Origin: Lingula anatina
Lineage: Eukaryota; Animalia; Brachiopoda
Direction: 5' to 3'
NCBI GenBank assembly: GCA_051362555.1
Contig: CM120648.1
Coordinates: 5,886,587 to 5,950,586 of the forward strand
Length of the DNA stretch: 64,000 nt
The notes under the pieces were generated by a model, which ran no database searches, had not been told where the DNA came from, and saw only the letters and a list, made by a program, of their open reading frames with translations. Positions 11,863 to 24,261 of this stretch are shown one piece after another (positions within the stretch are counted from its first letter, which is position 1; each line of letters starts with the position of its first letter). Made by a program: the position numbers and the translations under genes.

Positions 11863-14082
11863 AATGAAGAATGTATAAAACACAAATCGAAAATGAAAAC
11901 ATAGGGTGTGGAGTAGGGAAGAAAAATATTTAATTTGTATTATCTTATGACCAAGCATCGATGATCCAATAACAAGGAATCGTTTTTTCGAAAAATAGCA
12001 ACTAGGTTCCTTCAAAGGAGATCGAAAAACTAGAATTGCCTAAATCCCTTTCCCCGTTTCTTGGATTTAAAATACTTATATAGGTACTATTGCAGAAAAT
12101 TAAACAGTTTTAGAGCAAAAGATCCCCCTTTTGTGTCATTAACCACCCAGCGCGTTTCTGCTGTTAAGCTCTACCCTCGCTCTGTTTCTAAAAATTGGTG
12201 TGAAATGGTGCTAAGCTTGCGCCATAACTCTGTATTGCCCCTATTTCACACAGACCACGAATCCCACGAATCGCCAGGAATTGACAAATTTCAGGAATCG
12301 TGGTCGTGAAATTCTTGACAGATTCGTATATATTCGTAGTCAGTTCTTGCAATTTTTGATCAATCACGAACTGATTACGATTCAACCACGAATCCTGAAA
12401 TGCACCATTTCAACTAAATATACGTTTTGCTTAACGTGTAAACAATCGACTGTATTGTAATACAAATTATGAGGATTGATAATATATACACCAGTTCAGG
12501 AATGAATTCATATTGAATTGACAAATAATGGGATACTCAAATGGGGAAATTTCTACTCCGTGTTAGGTAATGACTTACAACGTATATTAAACGTTGTAAG
12601 TCATTACCTAACACTGTATAACTAAGAAATAAAATAAAGATTTTGCGACTAAGAAAACTTACCGTTTTTATTACAGCGCTGGATGCTTGGGGTATTTGAC
12701 GGCACATGGCAAAGCCAACAGAATAGATTTCGACCATAAGAGTAGCCACGAGGCCCTGCAAAATACGTCACTGACACGGGTCCAGAATTACAAAGACGTA
12801 CAGCTTCGGCGTCAAATTTGAATTGGCACCCTCCATCGTTGGTTCCAGTCAAGGGTTCGTGCCCCCCGTCAGGGCCTATGCAAGGGCGTCCTGGGAGATG
12901 GTCCGGTGCGCCAAAAAACAACATGCAATCTGGTGTCAAATGGATCTTCTCCAAAACTCCGGCAACGGTCGTAGCATCTTTGAAAACTTCGATTTGTGAC
13001 TTGTGACACATAATCCTAGGCTTCCATGCCTGGTGCGCCGTCACGTTGTGACAAGTGGCGCAAAAAGAGTTTTTAAATGTGACGTTTGACTCTTCTGACG
13101 AGACGGGCAACACAACAGCAATGTCATTGGACCAGCCCTTTAACTCGCATTTATTTCGAACTTCTTCATCGTGCCATTGGCTAGGACAAGAAGATACTAA
13201 CCAGTAGTATCTACTGTAAACGTCTTCAATTTCTCGAGACCCCTGTAACCAACACTCTGTGTCATTTCTATGTATGTCAATCCCGGTAATTTTGGTATCG
13301 TTGCAAAAACGGTCATATGGCCAACAGCAATCACCAAACACGACACACAAGTCGTCGCAGTAGCAGGTTACGAGAAAGACATCATTTATTAACCCATCAC
13401 GCTGACTAACACAGAACGGGATGTTGACTGTTACGTTACGCAGGATTAGTTCCCCATGAGAATACAACATGGAAGAAGTTGGAGCAAATTGTTCTAATTT
13501 CGATGAAGGGTTAGATGAATGTCCTTGAGATACGTGACCGGTGCTGAATTGCCGTGTGCTTGTTAAGCTTACGTTTGAGTTGAGGTTCGGGACCTCTTGA
13601 GTGAAAGCAGGGAAGGCAATCTGTACATTTGGTAGCTCCTTCTGTGTTGTATGAACCTCATTGTTTGTGACCTTGTTTGTGGACGCGGCAGTAGAGACAA
13701 GCATCTCATTAACAGCTGCTGTGTTCGCCCTAGTGACCATAGAAGATCCACTTTGGTTGACCGTAAGTAAATTACTTCTGTCGAACATAGGTGAGCTGCT
13801 TTTGTCGACAACGGGTGAGCCACTTTCGTCACTTCTGGTGACCATAGGGGAGTCACTCTCAGTGATCCTGGGAACTTTTGTGCTTTTATGCCTAGGCCTT
13901 GTTGTTGTCAGCCGCTCTTCTCGACTACTGACAGACCTTGGGACAGTTGGAGTTGTAGACGTGATCATTGCAGAGTTGGACGGCGCCCTAGGAATCTTTG
14001 GCATTGACGCTTCCACTGGAATTTCCTTTTGTGAATCAATCACGTAATACACTACCATCACCAAAAGCATTAAGACCTTCAT
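10232..14082 (-). CDS. Array copy 1: putative GPI-anchored mucin-stalk / somatomedin-B-like Cys-rich cell-surface protein, 3 exons, ~695 aa
   Basis: Exons 14082-12663 (ends phase 1, gtaag), 11787-11693 (EIVSKGFEPQGLSALIDYQREAQCKESWNQ), 10804-10232. Signal peptide MKVLMLLVMVV, S/T/P-rich region, CYCDDLCVVFGDCC, FKNSFCATCH and RNLFCWLCH modules, ends in hydrophobic LWQALIAIIITHI*. Confidence 0.85.
11159..11473 (-). mobile_element. HINE/DINE-1-like element inserted in intron 2 of array copy 1
   Basis: Same family as 8435-8710, with a (gaca)n(caaa)n tract; absent at the homologous site of copies 2 and 3 (tttaaataaataacaag). Confidence 0.75.
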
Positions 14083-14134
14083 TGCTGATGTGTCTCTTTC
14101 CTCTCAGTGCTCTGCTGTGGTATTTTGCGTAGTT

Positions 14135-14150
14135 GATTATATATATAACC
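14135..14150 (-). promoter_or_regulatory. Candidate TATA box of array copy 1
   Basis: TATATATAA on the minus strand ~55-65 nt upstream of the ATG, conserved in copy 2 (~24315-24327) and copy 3 (~37287-37295), degenerate in copy 4. TSS unknown. Confidence 0.35.
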
Positions 14151-15020
14151 GTTAGAGCCGACATGCTGATTCGCTCTTACTTCAGGTCGGTAGGAACGTC
14201 GTTTTGGTTAGCTTTCGTGTTGACGTGACAGTGAATTAAGGTGTATGACTCTAGCTAATCAGTATCATAGTACTACAAAAACAACATCACACCGTTAACA
14301 ATTGCAAGGTATCTTTTGCGTGATATTATAATAGGTAGGTGACAGACAATTAATACATTTGGGAAACTGTGAAAACAAAAGAATATCACGTTTAAAATCA
14401 CGTTCTGAAAATGTCCCTTTCAAATTAACGAGTTCATAATTTCGTGTTACGAGTAGGTTTTTCTTTCAGACAAAATGAATTTCTGGAATCTTCGCCACAT
14501 TGTTCTCCCATTTCTAAAGAACAATTGTTCCAGATTTTAAGCAAAAACACACTCCATTGTTCAAACCATGAACGTGTCATCAATCCGACGTAATTTCTTT
14601 TGTCGCAAATAAATGATGCACAGCTGAGCCCTAGTTTGTTATTTTTTTTCACATTTTTTCTCAAAGTTTTTATCTGTTTACGTGAAATCACATTGCATAA
14701 AACGATCGCTCCATGCTTCCAACCCATGTAGAGTGTATGTAAGAGTTCACGCGGCCGGTTTCTTCATTTTCAAATGTCATAAGTATCGACTTTTTGTAAC
14801 TGCTTGACGCGTTTGAACTTTACAAGCTCAGAAGTCGAGTGCTAAAACCTTTCATAAAGATCTTTTTCTCAAAAATTCGTCAGTAAGTCAACATTTAGCA
14901 TTTTAGGCCACTTTGAGCATTTGGTGAATAATCATGCAAATAATCGCTTGTAATGATGACTTTTCGTTTTGTTTTTTTCTTTCTTACCAATAAACAACCA
15001 GAGAGACAATGCTGCTGCAC

Positions 15021-15023
<3 letters not shown>

Positions 15024-15090
<67 letters not shown>
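15024..15090. repeat. (TA)n microsatellite
   Basis: Uninterrupted TA run. Other microsatellites: (CT)n ~5690-5722, poly-A ~11818-11861, (CA)n ~15487-15522, (TA)n ~21223-21266 and ~32652-32725. Confidence 0.95.
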
Positions 15091-15094
<4 letters not shown>

Positions 15095-15484
15095 TTATTT
15101 GCAGGTTTGTTGATGATGGATTAACTGTAAATGAAGTTAATTTGAAGTTAAAATGTACATCTCTTTTTCAAATGGCTTTAAATCAAATAAAAAAGAAACT
15201 AATGTAAATTAATTAAACAGATTGAAATTTGAAGACAACGACATCTAAGAAACAGATTTAATTTAACAAATTTAATTTACAGGAAGTATCTTTCATGGCC
15301 CGCGATTAGTCATTTTACTAAGTTACTGTGAATCCTGTCAGATAGAAGTCTTGGATCCGGTGTAACAGGAATGGCAATTTGCTAGGAAACGGAGTCTGTT
15401 TCCCATTACTTTGTCCAGATGACATTCGTCCTATATACTGACCCCGATACTCCGACTCATCCTAACCTGTACTAATCACATGGG

Positions 15485-15526
<42 letters not shown>

Positions 15527-15918
15527 CTCAGCACTTGGCTGCAACATATGCAATGGCAATAATGCTTACTTAAGTTCCTCTACATATGTATGTATTGCTT
15601 ATTTGACAGGATTGTAAATAGCCAAAACTTGTCAATAATTGTTATATCCTCTTAAGACCAAACACGACAGCAACAATAACATCCACTTTCACATAAAATC
15701 CAACATCAACTGCACTGGGCAAGAAATTCGATCTTTTTCTAGAATTTCCAAACATAAGTATTTACCAGTAGATCTTCAAAGAAGTATAAATTAATAGCAA
15801 TTTTTGCCACACACCCAGATAGAACTTGCTTGATAATAGGCCCTGACAGTATTCCATTTGTCATGTGGTATTGGTGATATGTTCCCTTCACTCCGATTGA
15901 CCACAGATAATAAAATAA

Positions 15919-15952
<34 letters not shown>

Positions 15953-16217
15953 ATATGTCAGCCAAAAGATAATTACTGAAAGACATAATTTTATGAAGTA
16001 ACAAACTAGGTATCAATAGACACACTGTGATGAGGTTTATTATAAGAATCTGGTGAGGTTGAACGAAGTAAGAAAAATGTTCAATATAGACATAACGATC
16101 TTCAATCCCTTTTAAAAATCTATCTACGTTGTGAAAGGGGAAAGAAGGAATAGATAAAAAGAGACAATAGATCAACCAATGAATAACCAGTTTTACGGAT
16201 TTCATCTTAAAAAGCTA

Positions 16218-16688
16218 CAGGGGTGACAAAATTATCTTTCTTTAAGGGAAACAACAGTTTGGTTTGTTAGTTTTTTCAATTATTTTATTGAAAACACATT
16301 GTGTCAAGTGAGTGTCTTTATTCTAAGTTTACAGAACAGTGTACTGCCCTTACACAACACATGCTATTATGTCAGAATTAATATTTTGTAGGATAGACAC
16401 GTGATCTGAATATGGCCACTGCTGAAACCTCCTGAGCCTTGACACCATAAAAAGGCACGTGTCGTCTCTGGCATTAGTCTTCCTTGGGCGGCCACTTCGG
16501 TGTATCTTATGGACATCACCAGTGCCCTCCATCCTGAAAACATTACACACAGTCTGACAGCTATCTGGGTAACATTGATACCCTCCTCCCTCAGCGAGCA
16601 ATACACCGGAAAAGACTTGAAACTGACGGGTCCCCCCCATGTCACATAGTGCACTATACAGGCGTTGCAGTAATTATGTCACCCCTCT
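16218..16688 (-). mobile_element. Internally deleted Tc1/mariner element
   Basis: TIRs caggggtgacaaaatta / taattatgtcacccctct next to TA; residual transposase peptide RSGRPRKT. Orthologous copy at ~26399-26926, empty site at ~39511-39530. Confidence 0.75.
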
Positions 16689-19600
16689 ATATATGTGCAA
16701 GATTGTTGTTAGATCATGAAATTTCAAATGTGTTAGTTTAGCGAACGCAATTGTGTTGTATTGTATTGTCTCAAATACCGTATTCACACTATATACAGAG
16801 TATTGTAATGAGACTTGATATAATTAGATTATAATGGATGATGGGAGCAGATTAGCAGATTAAAGAGCTTCCTCTTGTGTCCAACGTAATTTAATAATCA
16901 CAAGCGTACTACAATGATCACAATCTTTACTGTATTCTACTCAAGGCTAGAAGGTGTGTTAATTTTATAATACGCGGATTTGAGTCGGTCTACATGAAAT
17001 ATCTACATGTAAAGCGACATGTAAAGCGATAGTTTCTTTAGGAACAAGCCCGTATAATTCAGATAGATAAATATTGTATGTTCTGGATGCCATTTTTGAT
17101 TTCTTTTATTTGTTCTTATTTATTATGTTTTTCATTTTGACCGGGCGCGGTCAGTGGTTTGTTAAATCAGCCAGTTTTCATGTTCTGGAAAAATAATTAT
17201 TTCTGAGATAAAAAAAACATGCTTTTTCCACATACCAAGTGTCAGTACCATGTTCTTGGGACACAAATCCAAATGCTTCAAAATCATTTAATGCCGACAT
17301 GACGAAAGAATAAAAGTTGTCAGTCAGAAGTTAAAATATGCATTCTCAGTTGTTTCGCCGATTTTGTTTGGATGGTTTTTTTTTTTTTAAATTAACACAT
17401 TTTTTAAATGTTGCAAAATAAAAGCATGTGCAAAATTATCTGCCCTCTGAGACATTGTAGCGTGCTATGGTTTTGGCAAGCCTGTTTTCATTGTAAGTAC
17501 GTGGTGACACTTTAGCTCGTTTGCGGTAAAGGGAGCGAGCAGGGTTTCTGATCCTTTCAAATCATTATGAATGGTAACTTGAGGAAGCGAATTATGTCAC
17601 TGAATGAGGCACACTGTCACGACACTCAGCATGGTAATGTCGATGTTCTGCAAGCAGCTTCAAACTGTTGGTTAGACCCTTCAAAAACATCCATCCGCAT
17701 TTCGTTATGTAATTAGAGTCTGCCCTTTCAAATATCCTTATCTTAACTACATCCAGTAACAGCACATGCATTACATGTATAACAATATGCCGCCAAGGGG
17801 AAAACGCATTTTAACAATCATAACACTTCTGCCTAACGTATGTTTTCTACCCATTATTGTTCCAACACACAGATGTTATAAAAATATTTTTAAAAAATCA
17901 AATTCCTTACTGTCTATGCGGGGTAGATAAACATTCCCTGGCTGTTCAAATAGGCGTGTGAGAATTCAGTTAATATGATGGCATTCAGTGAGATTCCAAG
18001 TTCAGTTGGATCGATCTACCAAGAAGAAATGTTTTATTTGTAACACATAAGACACACAATGCATGTTATCCCTTCTTGGTGGAGATCACAGATGTGTTTG
18101 TTGAGATACTTGGTCACAACAAAACACATTCTGTCTTATAAATATCACAAACCAAACTGAGTAGCAACATCCCTCACCTTTAATCTTCTGCATCCCCAAA
18201 ACAGACAATAATGAATGAGAAAGAAAATCAGAATAAAATGTAAATCTTGCTGCCATCACCTAATCACCGAGAAGGGATTAAAAAATTAAAAACGCCCTTT
18301 CGGCTGGAAAAAGGATCACTCTGAATCAAAGTTTTGATCCAGAATTATTGCCATTTGTCAAATGCAGTGAACTACGGGTTTTGAAAAGCTCCATTAACCC
18401 CCCCCCAGCCCCCCCAGCCCATGTTTGACAGTGCCGGCCATAGGTCTGAAACAGTGAACATGCACATGCATACCCTACTGATCATCTACCTGTATCCAGC
18501 GACAGCTTCCTAACTGCCTGCCTCAGTACGTTCCTGTCACAAGTGTTTCACAATTTATGATTAACGAAAATATAGCAAAGTTATCTAGATATTATGCAGT
18601 TCTTTCTCTCTCATCTCAGAATTCAATTTTTTGTAAATCCACAGAAAAACAACTTGTCTAGCCTGTCCACAGAAGTGTTGAAAGTAAAATGCCACAGTTA
18701 AGTACGTCCTTGGCACTTAAAAATCGCAAACGTAGAAAAACTGACCATAAGACAGCTTCCATAGCAACGTATATTAAACTTATTGCATTTCTCAACAACT
18801 GAGAACTGATCCTGTCAATATGTTCACAGGGCAGTGTATAGTTACTCAGGCTACACGGCAGCAAGTTTGGTGTATCACTCTAAATTTTGTTTGCATTTTA
18901 AAGCCACTGATAAGTACACCTTTGAATAGAGGGGAAACTGTGCCAAACAGAGGATCGCCAGGGGTTAATTTGATTCTTGACTCACATTTTTATATCTATT
19001 CAATTAAAAAAACTTAACTTATGATTTTGAAAAATGCTTGTTTTTGTTTACACTGAAAGTGTGCTCCTATTATAACTGTGTGAAAGTAACAAAATCAGTG
19101 TTTTGATAGAAATAAGGTAGTAAACATCATGCAAATGGACATGAAATATTTAGACCAAAAGTCTATATGTGAAAAGAAAACCAATTCTTTGGTTTCATTT
19201 TAAAATATATTCATATGTCACAAACATAGTTTTGGAAAGGAAACATTGGACCCAATATTTGAAAACTCTCTCTGAGAATGCACTGGGCTTTTGAGTAAAA
19301 ATGATAAATGATTGGTATGTACAAAAAACATTGGTTTGAATTCAGTCTCTCTATTATAGTCTAATCAAGAGTCAATATGTCAACTTTGTTATAATAAATG
19401 TTTTTGTGGCACATCTGCATACAACACTTGTCAAGTGTATTGTCTACGAACTCTGAATTCAATCCATTGAACTTTTGTGTATTTTGTTACAGTAAAATTT
19501 ACAAATAAATTACGATTAATATTACGTGGAATGCCCTTTATTCACACTACCAGTAAATCCCCGGTGTATTCTGCAAGTGAAAGTTTTGCAAGAAATAAAG

Positions 19601-20174
19601 AAAGTGATAGCTATGTCAATACAATATTTACGAAAATCATCTCCTTACTATTCCATTTACGTTTACATCGAAAAATCTACGCACATGTCCTAACACCAAT
19701 ATTCCCGAAATTGTCAGAGACGTTGCTTCTATGCTCTTCTTAATTTGCTCGCTATTTATTAAGCTTCATTATCACAAACATATAAAACCACCATCTTGCC
19801 ATTATTTCATTGTTTAAAATTATAATATATTTTCATGCAGACATTGCACCTGCGACATACTGATCTCAACTACTGATTGTCTTTATTGCAAGAGGTCAGC
19901 ATGGGAAAACGCATCATGACAAGCTTTCATGTATTTTTATGTGTTTGACCCAGTAATATTCTGTAAGTGCTTTAGAAATCAAATTCTTTTTCATGCAACT
20001 TTTAAGCCACTGTCTATTATCTACGTTAAGAGGAACACAGTTCAAGGGGGATGAAAGGTCTTCCAAATTCCTATTACCCCTTGATGCTAAAACCTATAGA
20101 TCTTAAATCAGTATCTCATTTTAGCCCTCAAATACTTCCATGGAAATGAATTTTTGATAAGACAATCTTACATT

Positions 20175-21220
20175 TTAAATGTAAGTAATGATAATTGCTA
20201 TCAAAGCCTGCAATAACATTTGATTGTATTGGGCTCCAGAAAGAGAAGATAAGGGGCGATCGGGATTCCGTCTTCCAGATGGGGTATCTGCAGAGGAACT
20301 TCCGTTTCTCACGACACTGACGTCAAAATCTATTCCTTTGTAAGAAATTTGACGGTGAGAATTCTTTATAAAAGCTTCAACTTGATCCAGGAAGTCCTCA
20401 AACAATTGGTTAGCATCACGCACACGACGGACGCTCTGCTTGAGCGTAATTGGTACTGTAACCATCATGTTCTCTCTCTCATTAAAGGGTAGGGAGCACC
20501 ACCCATCACGAAATCCTCCCTCTGTTTTGGTCTTCCACGCGCCACGTGGTGAAAAGTGAGATAAATCTACCTCTCCAAAAATCGTGTGGTCAATGAGACA
20601 GAGTGGCATTAGTTCACATGGACTTTTAACGGGTTGTTTCGGACTCAGTTTAAAAGTCAAGTTGAATTTCAAGTTCATGATGAAATCAAGGGGCAGAGAG
20701 CACCACTTTTCATCCACTTGACATTCTTCAGTCTGCTTACAGGTGTCCTGAAAATAAAATCCAAATGATTTAGGAGCAAGATGGTTATGTGTGATCATTT
20801 GGCCAACAGGTGTTATGTGACAGAAAGTCCTCCATGAAAATGTGGTTCCCATTAGTTTTGCAAAGGTAAGTCTCGCCCCATTTTGACCCCATTACGCCAG
20901 GCTAACCCTAACCTGTGTAATTAAATGGAGGGTGGACTCTATGTAACACAGACCCCTATTTCGTCACAACGGATCACATGCTTTAAAAAATTTTGTCAAA
21001 TGTCACATTCAGTAATTTAGTGTCTACGTACTTAAAAATTGCAAACAGCAGTGATAGGTCAATTAGAAAGCAAACACGTATTTAAATAAATAACAAGTTT
21101 TTCTGGATATGAAATACTTTATGAAAACAAAGATAACACATTTATAATTAATACTTATTTCACATATTTGGATGGAATTAAATTCTTCAGAAGATTCATT
21201 TGAACAATCTCTCTCTCTCT

Positions 21221-21269
<49 letters not shown>

Positions 21270-24261
21270 TTTACACTACAGTTGAAAGTAACATCATTGC
21301 GGAAAAAAACGCCCAAGGAGTTTAAGCTGAGGAATAGCACGTGCTTACCTGATTCCAATTTTCTTTGCATTGTGCTTCTCTTTGATAATCTATCAAAGCG
21401 GAAAGGCCTTGAGGTTCAAATCCCTTGCTCGCTATGTCACCTGCTGTTTAAAGATCAATCAATAATTTGATACAACAAAAAACAATGAAGAATGTATAAA
21501 ACACAAATTGAAAATTAAAACATAAAATGTAATAGTAATGAGTAGGGAAGAAATTATCTAATTTGTATTATCTTTTTCAAGACCTGACCAAGCATCAATG
21601 ATCCAAGAACAAGTAATCGTTTTTTCGATAAATAGCAACCGTGAACATTAATATAGGGTTCTTCAAAGGAGGTCGAAAAACTAGAATTACCTAGAAATCC
21701 CTTTACCAATTTCTTGAATTTAAAATACTTATATATGTACTATTGCAGTAAAATTTTAAAAACAGTATTAGAGCAAAAGATCCCCCCCCCCCCCTTTGTG
21801 CTATCAACCACTCCCACGCGTTTCTGTTTTAAACATTGGTGTGAATTGCTGCTGGGCTCGCGCCATAACTCTGTAAGTAAGTCAGAGTTAATTATGGCAA
21901 GGGTGTGAAATACAATCTTTTCCCGAAGTTTGCCTTACTTGTTTTACGTTTATTTTAGATATTCACTTCTTATTACGATGTAACATCAAACAGAGGCATC
22001 ATTCTGCATGTTTACTGATAAAACCAGAAGTAAGCCTTTCAAGACGATTCTCAGGCACCAGGCTAGTGATGATTGATGCAGATAAATAGGTGTATAAACG
22101 GCGGTGTTGAACGGTCTATAACTGGATATGTTAAGGCGAGGAAGATTTGTTTGAAATAGAAAACACAAATTTCAACAACAAAAAACGCTGCAGTTACGTT
22201 TAACATCTTGAAATAGTTTATTCATCCAGATGCAGGGATTTTCTATGTGACAGCATCATTTCTCAACAGGACAAAGTTAATTTTTTCATTATCTAAGCGG
22301 GTAAGAAAATACATCCCGTCGTATCCATCTCCCTCAATACCCAATCAAAAGAAGACCTTGTTAACCCTTTTCTTAAATCATCATATAGATAATTTTCAAT
22401 GCATCTTTATGAATAAGATGCTAACATGCCAAATATTTTAACATTCATAAAAATACTTCTAATGGTTATTGAACCATTAATATATACAACAATTTTTATC
22501 TAGTAATTTTATGTGCAAATATATATTTAGTTGTGTATTTATTTATTTATTTTAAAGTATTATAAAAGCAAGTTATTTCAAGATATTCAATGTATTTTAA
22601 TTATTGTTTCTGCACTATTTGAACTAAATATACTTTTTGCATAACGTGCAAACAATCAATTGCATTGTTATACAGATTATAAGGATGAATAATGTATACA
22701 CCAGTCCAGGAATGAATTTATATTGGATTGACAAATAATGGGATACACAAAATTTAGAGGAGCAGTGACTTACAACTTATACCTCAGGGCTAAAATTAAG
22801 GTTTTGCAACTAAGAAGACTCACCGTTTTCATTACAGCGCTGGATGCTTGGGAAAGTATCTGGATACAAATGGCAAAACCAACAGAATACATTCCGACCA
22901 TAGGAGTGGCCATAAGGCCCTGCAAAATAAGTCACTGACACGGGCCCAGAATTACAAAGACGTACAGATTCGGCGTCATATATGAACGGGCATCTTCCGT
23001 TGTTGGTTCCACTTTTGGGTTCGTGCCCCCCTTCAGGACCTATGCAAGGGCGTCCTGGGAGATGGTCCGGTGCGCCAAAAAACAACATGCAATCTGGTGT
23101 CAAATGGATCTTCTCCAAAATTCTGGTAACGGTCGTAGCATCTTTGAAAACTTCGATTTGTGACTTGTGACACACAATCCTAGGCTTCCATGCCTGGTGC
23201 GCCGTCACGTTGTGACAGGTGGCGCAAAAAGAGTTTTTAAATGTGACATTTGACTCTTCTGACGAGACGGGCAACACAACAGCTATGTCATTGGACCAGC
23301 CTTTTAACTCGCATTTATTTCGAACTTCTTCATCGTGCCAATGGCTGGGACAAGAAGACACTACCCAGTAGTATCTGCTGTAAACGTCTTCAATTTCTTG
23401 AGACCCCTGTAACCAACACTCTGTGTTATTTCGGTGGAGGTCAATCCCGGTAATTTTGGTATCGTTGCAAAAACGGTCATATGGCCAACAGCAATCACCA
23501 AACACGTCGCACAAGTCGTCGCAGTAGCAGGTTACGAGGACGACGCTATTAGTTGACCCATCACCACGACTAGCACAGAACGGGATGTTGACTGTTACGT
23601 TAAGCAGCATTAGTTCCCTCTGAGAATACACCATGGGAGAAGTTGGAGCAAATTGTTCTAATTTCGGTGAAGGGTTAGATAAATGTCCTTGAGATACGTG
23701 ACCGGTGCTTGCTTGACGTGTACTTGTTAAGCTTACGTTTGAGTTGAGGTTCGGGACCTCTGGAATGAAAGCAGGGTAGTTAACCTGTACATTTGGAACT
23801 TCCTTCTGTGTTGTATGAACCTCATTGTTTGTGACCTTGTTTGTGGACGCGGCAGTAGAGACAAGCATACCATTTACAGCTGCTGTGTTCGCCCTAGTGA
23901 CCATAGAAGATCCACTTTGGTTGACAGTAGGTGAATTACTTCTGTCGAACACAGGTGAGCTGCTTTTGTCGACAACGGGTGAGCCACTTTCGTTGACCAT
24001 AGGTAAGTCACTTCCGGTGACCATAGGGGAGTCACTCTCAGTGATCCTGGGAACTGTTGTGCTTTTATGCCTAGGCCGTGTCGTTGTCAGCCGCTCTTCT
24101 CGACTACTGACAGACCTGGGGACAGTTGGAGTTGTAGACGTGATCATTGCAGAGTTGGACGGCGCCCTAGGAATCTTTGGAATTGACGCTTCCACTGGAA
24201 TTTCCTTTTGTGAGTCAATCAAGTAATACACTACCATAACCAAAAGCATTAAGACCTTCAT
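20175..24261 (-). CDS. Array copy 2: putative GPI-anchored mucin / SMB-like Cys-rich protein, 3 exons, ~701 aa
   Basis: Exons 24261-22824, 21443-21349, 20747-20175; frame intact, same architecture as copy 1; carries RGD in the SMB-like loop. Confidence 0.85.

Noticed and set aside
12818-13006. Repeated 62-aa plus-strand ORF MNWHPP... in each unit
   Set aside because: Antisense to exon 1 with a non-ATG start in some copies; no independent signals.
13661-14047. Plus-strand ORFs of 128-190 aa (also 23825-24226, 36802-37257, 44133-44705) conserved in all four units
   Set aside because: Antisense shadows of the Ser/Thr-rich mucin codons; conservation follows from the real minus-strand genes.
14434-14727. 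97-aa minus ORF in the conserved upstream block
   Set aside because: Frame is broken by homopolymer indels in sister units.
20748-20852. Exon 3 ORFs treated as standalone 180-225 aa genes
   Set aside because: Their N-terminal extensions differ among copies and run into intronic repeat; a conserved acceptor precedes DTCKQ in all four.
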